From: Eledone cirrhosa
Lineage: Eukaryota
Assembly: GCA_964016885.1 (NCBI GenBank)
Contig: OZ024740.1
Location: 295,554,001-295,618,000, forward strand
Reading direction: 5' to 3'
DNA length: 64,000 bases
Under the pieces are notes generated by a model, which was not told the origin of the DNA, made no database searches, and worked only from the letters and a program-made list of their open reading frames with translations. Below, piece after piece: positions 41,977 through 55,840 of this stretch. Each line of letters starts with the position of its first letter. Position 1 is the stretch's first letter. Both the position numbers and the translations under genes were made by a program.

Positions 41977-42460
41977 TTAAAATAACAGATTAAAGTTTAA
42001 GCAAAGAATCGCTGCTTTCACCCTTAACGGGATCTTCTGAAACTAATCGAGTAATAAATATTTGCTCTACGGTTCTTATATATTTGATATATATATGTAT
42101 CCTTATCGAGCCCTCTTTGGATTTTAGTCTTCAAATTTATTATTATTACTATATATATATATATATATATATATTGTTTCTACTTTAGGCACAAGGCCAG
42201 CAATTACTCAGTGCATTACTGGTACTTTATTTTATCGACCCCGTAAGGATGAAAGGCAAAGTCAACCTCGGCGGGATTTGAACTCAGATCGTAAAGAGAC
42301 GTAACTATGCTGGAAAGCATGGCGTCCGACGTTGGTTGGATGCTGTTTTTGTGTCTCTCCTTTGTTCTGTCCTATGCCATCTTGTTTTTCAAGATGGCGT
42401 AGGACAGAACAAAGGAGAGGCACAAAAGGAGAGGCACAAAAACAAAGAAAAGAATCCCCA

Positions 42461-42503
42461 GTCACTGAAGAGGTCACAGAATGTGTGACGAAAGAACTTT
42501 GAC
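42461..42503 (+). ncRNA. Minimal hammerhead, family B (variants CTGAAAA at 41666-41708 and 56959-57001)
   Basis: GTCA-CTGAAGA-GGTCACA GAATG TGTGAC-GAAA-GAAC-TT^TGAC. Confidence 0.85.
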
Positions 42504-42649
42504 AATATATAAACAATCATCTGGTTGTGGAACCAACCAACCAACCGGAAATTTATAAATTCCTAAATTTATAAATTTATTATAATAAATTGAAGTGAAA
42601 GCAACTGGTGCGTGTGTTTCTTATTGGCAACATGACCCTCCCAAAGTAT

Positions 42650-42752
<103 letters not shown>

Positions 42753-42769
42753 CAGTATATATATATATT

Positions 42770-43020
42770 GAGGAACGTGAAATAAAGTGTCTTGCTGAAG
42801 GACTCAACGCACCGCCTGGAATCGAACTCACAAACTCGATTTACAATCGTAAGATTGTGAGTTCGATTACAGGTGGTGCGTTGAGTCCTTAAGCAAGACA
42901 CTTTATTTCACGTTCCTCCAGCATGACACATTCTCTGTCACGCTGAAACCCACTGAGAACTACGTTGAGTGTATGCGTGTCTGTAGAATACTCATCCATT
43001 TGCCCGTTAATTTCACGGAG
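42770..43020. mobile_element. SINE family 2 in fold-back form (palindrome 42770-42918); other copies at ~46880-47110 and 53330-53555 (-)
   Basis: GAGTTCGATT..GCGTTGAGTCCTTAAGCAAGACACTTTATTTCACG and its reverse complement. Confidence 0.8.
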
Positions 43021-43043
43021 TGCCTAACAAAATAAATACCTAC

Positions 43044-43300
43044 AACAGTGATATGTACAAGTACTTAAGTTTCGTTGGGTTATTCACCCCAACTCATTCA
43101 GCCTGTCATATAAGTAAAAATATTTCCCCCATGGATATTTTAGAGAGTAATGGAAAGTTCTAAGAGGATTACATATCTTTAGAACTCTCCAATACTTTCT
43201 AGTATTTCCATGAGGGAAGCCATTTTTACTTATATGACAGGCTGCATGAGTTTGGGGTGAATAGCAAAACGAAACTTAAGTACCTATACGTGTCACTGTT
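43044..43300. repeat. Imperfect palindrome with ~125-bp arms
   Basis: CAGCCTGTCATATAAGTAAAAA / TTTTTACTTATATGACAGGCTG and further matches. Confidence 0.85.
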
Positions 43301-43441
43301 CTAACTAATTATACTTAACTCGTTCTATGGACTGAATGCTCTTACCCTTGGATATTTATACCAAATTTTTACTGCAGTATATATACTCTATATATATAAA
43401 TGTATGTATATGGGTATGTGTGTGTTTGTGTGTGTGTATGT

Positions 43442-43509
<68 letters not shown>

Positions 43510-43690
43510 GCGTGTGTGTGTGTGCGCGCGTGTGTGTGCGTGTTTAAAAAGTAAATATAAATAACAAAAGCAAACGACACAGTACACAAAAAAATATATT
43601 AGTTAAACGCTTGAAATAACAGGAAGAGTGTCTTAACGTATAGAGTGAAAAAAATATATGACGTTAGAAATAGTTATGTACAGATCATGT

Positions 43691-44018
43691 TATATAAGGA
43701 AAATGATAATAAAAATGTGTTTGAAAATCGCCCCTTGTATATATGTAATTGTTTCTACTTTTGGCTCAAGGCCATCAATTATCCAGTACATTACTGGTAC
43801 TTTATTTTATCGACCCCGTAAGGATGAAAGGCAAAGTTAACCTCGGCGGGATTTGAACTCAGCCGAGGTTAACTTTGCCTTTCATCCTTACGGGGTCGAT
43901 AAAATAAAGTACCAGTAATGCACTGGGTATTTGCTGGCCTTGTGCCAAAAGTAGAAACATTTATATATATACAAGGGGCGATTTTCAAGCACTTTTTTAT
44001 TATAATTTTCTTTATATA
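43691..44018. mobile_element. Tails-out palindrome of two truncated SINE family 1 copies plus ~60 bp of shared 3' flank
   Basis: Junction ..GATTTGAACTCAG|CCGAGGTTAAC..; flank CAAGGGGCGATTTTCAA appears on both arms. Confidence 0.88.
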
Positions 44019-44163
44019 TAGATATATATATATATGGTATCTTTATAACATGTACAAAAATTAATGTTTAGATCACTTCTGTCCTTACTAAAGTAAGGGA
44101 TACAACTGCTGTATCCTTTAATTTAGCAATGGCAGAAGCGACCTAAACCAATCTGGTCGAAAT

Positions 44164-44390
44164 TCTTCTTCTTCTTCTTCTTCTTCTTCTTCTTCTTCTT
44201 CTTCTTCTTCTTCTTCTTCTTCTTCTTCTTCTTCTTCTTCTTCTTCTTCTTCTTCTTCTTCTTCTTCTTCTTCTTCTTCTTCTTCTTCTTCTTCTTCTTC
44301 GCCTGCTTACCCCTAGAGGCAGAGTCTTCAAACTCTGCTTCTAGGTGGTCCTGTCAGAAGCAACCGTTTCCAACTCATTCAGAGTCAAAA
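44164..44390 (-). mobile_element. LINE (RTE-like) extreme 3' end with long (GAA)n tail
   Basis: (CTT)n ~44164-44300 adjoining a minus-strand ..ELETVASDRTT*KQ.. terminus. Confidence 0.55.
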
Positions 44391-44626
44391 AGGATAATCG
44401 TTAAGTCTGGATGCATCATTCATTGCCTTCTCATCAATATAAAAACTGATATATGAAACTATAAATAATAAAATTATGTCCATTTCTAGAATATGTGTAT
44501 GTTGAACATTACCATTTCTATAAGCTATGTGCGTTTTATGAGTTTCTTGCGGCTAGTTACAATCAAAATAAATTACACGATTGCTTTCGATACTCACCCG
44601 AATACCATATTGATATTCACTGAGAT

Positions 44627-45106
44627 ATAATTGTTTCTACTTTTGGCACAAGGCCAGCAATTAACCCAGTGTATTACTGGTACTTTATTTTATCGACCCT
44701 GTAAGGATGAAAGGCAAAGTTAACCTCGGCGGGATTTGAACTCAGACCATAAAGGGCCGTAACTCTTTGCTGCAAAGCATGGCGTCCGACCCTCTACTGA
44801 TACTGCCAATCCACATATCGATTGGGTGGCTGACTTCAATCATGGCAACCCAAAGAAATATTTTTTCAATATATCACATGTGTTACACTACATAAAAAAG
44901 GAAGACATAATTTCTAGATCATTGGTACGCCAGTATCGGTAGAGGGTCGGACGCCATGCTTTCCAGCATAGTTACGTCCCTTTACGATCTGAGTTCAAAT
45001 CCCGCCGAGGTTGACTTTGCCTTTCATCCTTACGGGGTCGATAAAATAAAGTACCAGTAATACACTGGATAATTGCTGGCCTTGTGCCTAAAGTAGAAAC
45101 AATTAT
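44627..45106. mobile_element. Two SINE family 1 copies, divergent (44627-44813 -, 44931-45106 +)
   Basis: Clear SINE consensus in both orientations, ~115-bp spacer. Confidence 0.88.
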
Positions 45107-45480
45107 CAAAGACAGTAACCATTCTATTAATAAGTTCTGATATGATAAATAGAATCACAGTTTGGACCTCTTAGTTTTATTCTCGAATACAAAAGTTGCT
45201 GGCTTAGATAGTATATCTCGTTTGCAAATATTTTGTTTCATTTGGATAAATATTTCCCTTTGTTCAAGAGATGTGTCAAATATTGAGCGGATTTAAGCGT
45301 GTTTCCTTAGAACAGTCAGTTGGCTTTCAGAACCAGAAATTATGGTTTAATAAAGATATCAAACAAAATTGGAAGTACGCCCCACTGCTTTCTGTTCAGG
45401 TCTGTCAAACTTAACTCAGTAAAGGGCACTTTCAACGCTTGTAGGAAAGGTTGGGCCAAAAAGTAGAAACAATTATTTAA

Positions 45481-45672
45481 GGTGGATTGGCAGTATCGGT
45501 AGAGAGTCGGACGCCATGCTTTGAAGCATAGAGTTACGTCCCTTTATGATCTGAGTTCAAATCCCGCCGAGGTTAACTTTGCCTTTCATCCTTACGGGGT
45601 CGATAAAATAAGGTACCAGTAATGTACTGGGTAATTGCTGGCCTTGTGCCAAAAGTAGAAACAATTATTTAA
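45481..45672 (+). mobile_element. SINE family 1; further old copies at 46025-46120, 47575-47702, 48080-48410, 61020-61182, 61895-62000
   Basis: A/B boxes, core and tail. Confidence 0.9.
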
Positions 45673-46195
45673 TACAAGAAACGACTTAAAAGAAAGAACT
45701 AAAAATGAACTAAATATTTGCTATACATATTTTATTAATAAGAATAAAAAACAGATTTTATGCTGAGTAATTGCAATGCTATTTTGATTTCAGATGTAAA
45801 CTGAGAAATATACTTAAAATTATAAACGTCCAGAAGACGGCAGTTTCAAACTAAGTCGAAATATATACAGAGCAGCTGGCTTTTGCTTTCACCAACTTAA
45901 TTACTATTTGACATTTCAAAATAATTTCAAAGTCCTTTTTAATGTGCGCTATTATACCTGTATACAAGGGCTTCATGATCACAGCAGGCGGCGAATTGAC
46001 AAAGTCATTAGAATGTCGGATAGAATGTTTTGCGGTATTCGTTCCGACATTGCGCTCCGAGTTCAAATCCTGCCGAGGTCAACTTTTCCTTTCTTGCTTT
46101 CTATGAAAGCATTACCAGTTTAGTCTATAGATTCTCCCTCTATATCTTTTTCTCACGTCCTCTCTATCACGCCTCACGTCCTCTCTATCACGCAT

Positions 46196-46282
<87 letters not shown>

Positions 46283-47706
46283 CTCTCTCACACGCGCACA
46301 CACACTCTATCTCTCTCTCTTTGAATAGAATCGGGTGTGCTCATACCGGGAGAGGGGATGGGTTCCACTGGGTTTAAAATTCCCAATACACGCTCTATAT
46401 CACTCGGCACTACTATGAGACCATCAGGAGTTACGGGTCTATACATACATAAACACACAGCCTGATTACCTGTTTATAGAAGCTTATTATACTACATATA
46501 AAATCAAGTGGCTAATCGGGACTCCATGCAGTTTGAATACAGAAGAAATTGTTCAGTATACGTAGCAGTAATAGTTGCTCTTGAAAAAACATATTTACAT
46601 TACGTCAGTAGCGAAATATTTTAAAAACTGTTTTTTGTCAACATTTCCTTTCTTATCTACATCATCTCATAAACGCGGATCCTAAAATCCAGCATTTTTT
46701 TTACCAGATAATTTCAACTACAAATGGATCCGGGGTATTCTAGCCAACAGATTTCGAAATCTTTGTTCAGCAAATAAGCATATAAAGAACCATAGCACTA
46801 CGTTGTTAGTTTATTACTCTATTACCAACGTGCTGGATCTCCGACAATTCTAACGACCAGTTCTTCGAAATGTATGTACAAGTGAGTAAGCATTCCACAA
46901 AGCCTGTGGCCATAACCTAATTCTCAGGGTTAGTCAGAGTGACACAAGCTATAACAAAGCTGACCTCTTTTAATTCCAGATACAACTCATTTTTGCCAGC
47001 TAAATGGATTGAAACAGCATGAAGTAAAGTGTCTTGCTCAAAGATACAATCCGACACCAGGTATCGAATTCATAACTCTAACGAATATCTTAATCTCTAA
47101 ACCATGCACCTTCTTTCTATTTCCAATATATATTACAATGTTCGTCACGGTTGTAATTATATATCTAATGTCACCGATGATATAGCTATAATTACAGAAA
47201 TTTGAAATATAACAATGAGTTTCATTTCAGAAAATGACATCCAGAAATTTCTCATCTAGTGCACAACTAACAATTTGAACCTAAATTTATATATTGCATC
47301 ATCTAAAAATGATTTCCAGTTGCGTGATCAGTGGCAATCTGCAATAGCAATATAATGTTATATACTTATGCATCTTCTTTTCTTAAACTCATAAACTCTG
47401 CTGATGTCGTGGGACCATACAGCGTTTCTTTAGCATTTTCTAAACCTGGCGGAGACCACCTCATCACCAGGTCGGAACACAGCAGATTTCTTCCAGAAAG
47501 TTTAAAAAATGATATATATATATATATAGAGAGAGAGTAAAAGAAAGTCAGAAAGAGATATCAGGGAAGAATCGGCCCCAGTACTAGACTGGTACTTTTT
47601 TTTTACCCCAAAAGGATGAAAGGCAAATTTGACCTCGGATTTGAACTCAGACCACAAAGCATTCTATCCGAATTTCTAACGAATCTGTCAATTCGCCGCC
47701 TTATGT

Positions 47707-47737
<31 letters not shown>

Positions 47738-47747
47738 TACACACACT

Positions 47748-47854
<107 letters not shown>

Positions 47855-50079
47855 ATATATATATATGATGGTCTATGAGTGAGATAAATAAATACAATAT
47901 GTGTAAGCGAGAACATATCAATTAAAATCTACATCAATGAAAAGATAGAAACAAGGACGTTGACGAATAGTTTTAAAATACTTTATATGAACTATGATTT
48001 ATAATACCAAAACCAAAAAATGCCAGGACTGGGTGAGCTTTGGAACAATATTCTTTGCGGAACTTAATTACCTCTGTTTACATTCTGATTTCAAAACCCG
48101 AAAAATTTTACTTTGCTTTTATCATTGTCGGGGGTTGATTAAAAAAAAAATACTAGCTAAGAACTCGGTTGATCTAATCGATTGTTTCTTCCCTCAGGAA
48201 TTTGATGTCTCGTGTCTGTATTAGAAATTAACATTAATAGTATATTAAAAGTGGTGACTGGCACTTGCAGGCCGACGGACAAATTGTTTTGCAGTATTTA
48301 ATTGAGGTTATTTACGTTCTGAATTAACTTCTCTTCTTGGCCGACTTTGCCTTCCAACATTCCGGGATTGATAAACTAACATTCATGTAGCAGAAGGGGT
48401 TTAATCGACTAAAAACCTCTCACAAAATAAGAAACAATCCACATCTTAAAAAAAAAAACATTATTATTATTTCCGAATTAATAGCATCTTTACATAATTT
48501 TTATTGTAAAATTTATGTCGAACAGTTTCAGTCTTGTTAGCTCATGTCATATACAGGAGATCGAACAGAGCTCTTGAAACGGTATTGTTTAAATGGTCCC
48601 ACGGACAGTTAGCACAAATATACAAAGAATGAAGATATATTTGAATTCATTAGTTGGGATTTTTACTGATTTTGTTCATAAAAATAAAACAACACTTGAT
48701 CTCAATAAAAAGTAACTGGAACTACCCCGAAGCTTGAAAACTCGATTAATCGTTTAATAATATCCTGATATCCCAATTAAAAAAAAAAACAACGAACAGA
48801 TTTTACTAGGTTTAAGAAGAGTTCAGTGAAAAAGAGTTCAGTGAAAAAGTCATCTTTATTTCTTGGTGATCTCTAAGTAGAAAAGACAAACCCAAATATG
48901 GTAATGTATTTTACAATGGTTAAGTATGTTGTAGTTTAGTTACAGATCAGCTCAGACTGAGTAGATCTATTACTAAAGGCATTCCATCCATGATCATACC
49001 GGCTTTTGTATATCTATGATAATATAATATATTGCTTTCTTCCTGTTTAGAAACGATAAGTGATTTGAAGATTTTAGTTATTTTAAGTCGGTCAAGCAAT
49101 ACTAGAAGATACCTTGTGGGCTCTTACATAGTAGATGATATTTCTGAAAAACAGAAACGTGTAAGCAGATCATTTTAATTAAAATATATTCTGGATATAT
49201 TAAATTAAACACAACTGTATTCACATCAAATTTTATTTACAGATGAAATTAAACTAGTTTTATCCTACATCACATGAAATTTCAGTCTTCTTATCGAATA
49301 TGCAATATAAAGTTTCAGTGTGAATCCTTATTCCAGGTGAGAGGTGACTGTTGCTAGTGAATTGATTTAAAAAATAGAACAAGAACTAAACACTACTTGC
49401 AAAAAAAGAAGAAAAAAATCCTCGCGACGTTGAACTGAAGCTGTTTAACTAGCTGGTTTTAAAAAAATCCCCCCCAAAACATGCAAGACGTCAGGTACAA
49501 TGACCTAAAAACAGAGACCTAAACCAGTGTTTCCATGAAACAATGATATCTTTTGTCTTTTTTATTGCCATCCTAACACTAACTGACCTGACGAGATGTG
49601 ATCTAAAATGCTTATGAGATAAGGAGAGGGATTGTTAAAAATTATCCAGTCAGCAGCCATAAAGAAAATGTTACAGACGCAATTGTCTCTTTTACACAGC
49701 AAGCGTTAATTTACTAGTTAAGGATAGTAACCTGAACACAAAACATATTTATCTACACCCCAAAATACGAGCCAATGAGCATTTATGAGGGGTGGAGAAT
49801 CTTTTTAGTACTGGAGTGAATTACAAGTAGAGTCGTATCAGTACTCAGAAAAAATGAATCTTTCTTTGACTATTTAAATTCACTTATATGAGATTAGTTT
49901 GTATTTTTCTCTTAAAACTTCTTTTTTATACAGGTTTCAGACAGTTCGTAATCGAGTGGTTTCAACTTTGAACACGGGGGAAATCTCGCACGCAGCTGAA
50001 GGAATCCCTATTCTTTTTCTACATGGTCGCTTAATCTGCTAGACAGAGTAGCCAAATTGGACTCTCTGCCATTAAAAAA

Positions 50080-50270
50080 ATTATACTGTAATCCTAAAGC
50101 GGTGGAGATCTCTGGCGTTCTAGGTCCGAAAACCACCCTTCTACTCGTTACTATCGGGATGGAGTTGGCCACAAACAAGACTGACCCCCGAGAGCTGGAA
50201 TGGCTCTTTCAGTGCATCTCCCTCACTATTCTCCAGGGTAACACTTTTTTTTCCTTTTTGTCCACTGGAA
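50080..50270 (+). mobile_element. CRE-like RLE endonuclease C-terminal fragment
   Basis: PKAVEISGVLGP..TDPRELEWLFQCISLTILQGN resembles the (P.AVET.G..G..DPRE..LFQRIS..IQRGN) motif. Confidence 0.65.
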
Positions 50271-50814
50271 CTATAAAGCAGCATACGCCTGGGGTCCTGC
50301 ATGCTGGAGAGTTAAAGCAGGTGAACGGGGGAGCGTAACAATCGTTCATCGGGCTGTTACTGTTGGCCACTACGTACGCAGATATATGCCTTTATACACC
50401 TACATACGTGTAAGGTTAGAAAATATCTATCAATGGCTTAAAAGACATTGGGAAAATTGGGGAGATGAGATGGCCAGGACTGAATACATTTCAACAAAAA
50501 TATGTTCAAACAGGGCTGGCGTTTGGCTAAGCAATAATGATCAAACAAACCTTATTTATGACACCCAAACAACAGGCAGTTCCCAATACTTTCTCATATT
50601 CATACTTACGATAAAACAATAAATCTAGATTGTTTATTCAATAACAAAAGCAACGTTAACAATGAAAATGATATTTTACAAAATGTATCAAGAAATAAAA
50701 AAAAAAACACGGAAAAGGCACATGGTCCGTTCCCGCTTATTTACTGGGATTCATCATAGTATCGGGTATTTGAAGACAGGACTGTTATTTCCAGCACATC
50801 AGTAGTATCTAAAG

Positions 50815-51106
50815 CAGTCATGGGGAACCAGTGGCCCGCGAAGCTTTCTGAATGGCTCGCCTATGTTACGTAAGTGAAATCTTTCTGATTTTTTTACCCC
50901 AACTTTTCAGTCGTAATTTATCTTTCTATCATTTTTACGATCGAGGAAAACAACGTTTACGAATTCTGAAGAAACAAATCCAAACAACCTGAGTTACCAC
51001 CCTTTTTTTTTAATATGGGCACGAATGTAAATTAGCGTTTGCGGCCCACCTGATGATGAGCCATATTTCAAACGGCCCGCTTCTCGAAAAATGTTGCCTA
51101 TGCCTG
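50815..51106. mobile_element. hAT MITE
   Basis: TIRs CAGTCATGGGGAAC / GTTGCCTATGCCTG, GGCCCGC subterminal motifs, 8-bp TSD ATCTAAAG/ATTTAAAG. Confidence 0.85.
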
Positions 51107-51664
51107 ATTTAAAGGATGATAGCTATTCGGGATGAAAATACAACGGATGCTGGACAAGAAAACAATGGTACAGATCATGATCTTTTGACTCATTGGACTG
51201 GGAAACAAGGTGAATTATCTACATATCGATATGGAACCGACAAATTGCTACAATGACATGCAACAGACAAATGTGGGTAGGTAACTGCAAGAGAAATAAA
51301 GAAATTAATATAAGATGAGAGAAAGCAGAGTGAACTGACCAAGTCAGTAGTCAAATCCCTTTACAATATTATAGATGCACAGGAAGTCCTGTCTTTAAAA
51401 TATCCGATACTATGATGAATAACAGAAGACAGTTGATGCATGGGAACTGTCAATGTATCCGTCTTTTCCAATTGTTCTATGTCCTTTATATGTCCCACGT
51501 ATTTTTTTAATGATATTATCATTATAACCAACGCAACCTAATTTTGAAATCCAAAATTGCTATATATATATACATATATAAAAGTAAAATTAGAATTTTA
51601 TTTCTCACCCTAGCACAGCTGATAAATAAATGTAAGTATTCACACGGATACACGCACACACATA

Positions 51665-52300
51665 AAAGAAATAGGATTTCGCTTCAAGCATAGCTTTATA
51701 CAATTTATAAATATTTCGTATCTCCAAAGAAATACGGTTTTAGAAAGCCGTAGCTATGCAAACACCGGGGGGGGGGGGGGGGGGGGGCTAAGGCCCTCTG
51801 GTGATGTCCAGAAGAAGCAACGGGGACAACCGTCTATGCATTTCAGGCATTTCAGACGGTCCCTCCCACAGCTTGTGACTGCTGGACTAGAAGACAGGCG
51901 AGAATATATAGTTTTCTCGTCTGTGTAAATGAGGTGATTAATCTCATTTGCATATGAAGCTGCATAATTTGGCTCAACTTTGTATAAAGCTATGCTTGAA
52001 GCGAAATCCTATTTCTTTTTATTATAAGTTGAGCCAACTTATGCAGCTTCATATGCAAATGAGATTAGTCACCTCATTTACACAGACGAGAAAACTATAT
52101 ATTCTCGCCTGTCTTCTAGTCCAGCAGTCGCAAGCGGTGGGAGGGACCGTCCTGACCTGGCTAGTTAAGCCTGAAATGCATAGACGGTTGTCCTCGTTGC
52201 TTCTGCTGGACATCACCAGAAGGCGTTATCCCCCCCCCCCGGTGTTTGAATAGCTACGGCTTCCTAAAACCGTATTTCTTTGGAGATACGAAATATTTAT
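51665..52300. repeat. Long inverted repeat with ~270-bp arms
   Basis: 51706-51979 is the reverse complement of 52025-52300; 51665-51702 is the reverse complement of 51980-52020. Confidence 0.9.
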
Positions 52301-52334
52301 ACGCACACACACACATATATATATATACACATAC

Positions 52335-52882
52335 ACATATATGAATAAAATTAGAACAAGAAGGACAGGATTGTCAGTCATCAGTGATCTTCCAGCCATC
52401 ATTGGTATTTCTTCACATTAAAGACCATATACCTCAGGCTGGTGCGAGCAATAACTAAAAAAAGTTATTGGGACGCCAGTCACCCTCTCTCGGCTGGCCT
52501 CTTCCCCACACTTTCACTCACTCCCTCTCTGCTACTCCCCCTCTCATTTCCTCCCGTCTGACCTGTGTGAAATCCTTTTCTCGCTCACATTTCACATGGT
52601 CTGGACGTGTCTTCTCTTCTCGTCCACGATTTGATTGAACTTAAGTTCACAGATATCACGGACTTGCTTCTCTTCTTCCTCTCTTTCCGTTGCTATTACC
52701 ATCTCTGTTTGTTTACATGTCTCGCTTTCTACACCCAATTCTAGCTATCCCAATAACTTTTTTTAGTTATTGTTCGAACCAGCCTGAGGTATATGGTCTT
52801 TAATGCGAAGAAATACCAATGATGGCTGGAAGATCACCGATGACGGACAGTCCTGTCTTCTTGTTCTAATTTTATTCATATG
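52335..52882. repeat. Inverted repeat, ~140-bp arms around a ~270-bp pyrimidine-rich spacer
   Basis: ATGAATAAAATTAGAACAAGAAG..TTATTGGGA / TCCCAATAAC..CTTGTTCTAATTTTATTCAT. Confidence 0.88.
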
Positions 52883-53094
52883 TATCCCATTTGCAACAAC
52901 GCAGCACGCCATTTTTCATATATATATATACATACATACATACACACAAATATATACATATACATATGTACTTATGGGTTATATAGAACATTAATAATAA
53001 TCTTCGATTCGTTTGTAAACAAACGGCCCGATTTGAAGGTCTGTCTTGCCGGTGACCGATCGTCTCTTGTTTGTTCAAAACTGGCTTTGAGGAA

Positions 53095-53135
53095 CAATCA
53101 ACATGTTTCTCGGTCATTACCCTTCATCAGGACTG
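53095..53135 (-). ncRNA. Minimal hammerhead in a PLE-3'-like fragment (52990-53150)
   Basis: CAGTC-CTGATGA-AG GGT AATG ACC GA-GAAA-CATG-TT^GATTG. Confidence 0.78.
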
Positions 53136-53201
53136 TATACCTCTGCCAGTACGTACATATGCATATGTATATATATATATATATGTGTACTTATATATAT
53201 A

Positions 53202-53310
<109 letters not shown>

Positions 53311-53836
53311 CGGCCCCCATCGGTCAATAATGACTAGGGTTTGTGGAAGACCAGCAGTCACTCATGCATACCCTCCACGCCACCGGTGTTGCCTTAGGGA
53401 AAGGCAATGGCCGATACAGCTTGGCACTAGAGACGTCACAACTCATTTCCACAGTTGAGGGAACTAGAGCAACTAGAAATAAAGGGTTTTATTCAAGAGC
53501 ACTACGCATCACCTGACCGGAGAATCGAACTCATAACCTCTCAATTTCAAGTCCAACGGTTTATTTCCCAGTCTCCTTCTCAACAAGGAAGATGAAAAAA
53601 ACTTCTTATTAATTCTTTTTAATTGTAATACTCAACATTTGATAAGATGAATTTTACTAATACATCGAAACCGATTATACTTTATATACTTTATATACAT
53701 TATAAAACTCTTTTTTAAAAGAATTGTCCCTCTCATTTTCTCATATTTTTCAATAATGCCACATTGATGAATCAAAGAAAGGTAAAAAAACGAAAAACAG
53801 ACCCTTGAATATATTTTCCATGCTATTTCTAATTCC

Positions 53837-53939
<103 letters not shown>

Positions 53940-54464
53940 CATATTGTATATGCGTTTATATACGTCTTTATGCTCATACGAAGGAATTGTGGTAAGGAAC
54001 CAGATAGACCATAACGCACCAGAGTACGCAATACTTAGGGTAGTAGAGTGAGTAATAGGAAAAGGTATGACCCCGACGGCAGAGCTCAAGCCGTTTCGAC
54101 GGCTATTTCTGGACTCAGCTATTTCTAAACTATGTCCAGAAATAGCCGTCGAAACGGCTTGAGCTCTGCCGTCGGAGTCATACTTTTTCCTATATATATA
54201 TATATATATATGCGGGGTGGAGTATTTACATCTAGGTGAATATCTAGCTATATCTGTAGGTGTATATTGTATGTACATATGGCTGAATGTGTTTGAGATA
54301 TATAGGCAAACGAATATCTCATTTAGCTCACGAAGTTTACTACTATAATTTCGTCTCATGAACAATAAGATTTGCTTACATTCTACTATTTTCTCAGTAT
54401 ACGCCCATTAATCGTTATTCTAGCTCCTAGCCTTCGTCATACTCCACCACCGCTGAACTTAAGA

Positions 54465-54517
<53 letters not shown>

Positions 54518-54524
54518 TATATAT

Positions 54525-54609
<85 letters not shown>

Positions 54610-54621
54610 CATATATATATG

Positions 54622-54939
<318 letters not shown>

Positions 54940-54950
54940 CATATATATAC

Positions 54951-55008
<58 letters not shown>

Positions 55009-55299
55009 CGAAATAACAACAAACAAACGAACAAACGCTGGAGTAAATGTTACATGGTGTTATTAACTTCACGCTTGGTGAGATTGGGGGGATGTTGTTT
55101 ACGACGTTTCGGACATAGGTCCTTTATCAGGAGAGGTGAGGGGGTGGGGGGACTCCGAGAGGGAGTGAGAGTATAGTTAGTGGGAAAAACATAAATATAA
55201 ATAAAAATAAATATAAAACATGAAGTGAAAATAGATAGATATATGGGGGGGGGGGGATGACTGTGTTTCTGTGTGTGCGTGTCTGTGTGCGTGTATATA

Positions 55300-55680
55300 T
55301 ACTAGCCGAATTACCCGCGCCTTGCTGTGTTTCACACATTTTCTTTTGTAAGAAATTGATGATTGATTTTAAATCAGTGATATAATTTATGGAGAAAAAC
55401 TCTGCATTTCAATATTACTCAATGTAAAATGTAATGCATGAAAAATTGGAAAACATCTTTTGTAATATATCAAATCAAAATTACATTATTAAATCTTATT
55501 CTTATTTTGTTTCTTGTAAATAATTTTTTTCAAAACACCAATTCAAAACTTTTGTGAATAGACATCATATGTTGTCATTTACCTATGGTTGAAATTTCAT
55601 ATAAATCGAAGGGAAAACATTTTCAGCGGGAGTTTGTGCTTCCGGGGAACCCTAATAGTGGGTTTAACCCCCATTAGGGT
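55300..55680 (+). mobile_element. Truncated Helitron/Helentron-type element
   Basis: ACTAGC..ACCCGCGCCTTGC start and AAATTTCATATAAATCG motif, as in the 9903 and 14571 elements. Confidence 0.5.
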
Positions 55681-55729
55681 GTCTTAATATTATTGTTCCT
55701 TACCACACTCCCTTCGTTATATACACACG

Positions 55730-55840
<111 letters not shown>

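Noticed and set aside
51050-51075. CTGATGA inside the hAT MITE
   Set aside because: No GAAA box or stems; chance match
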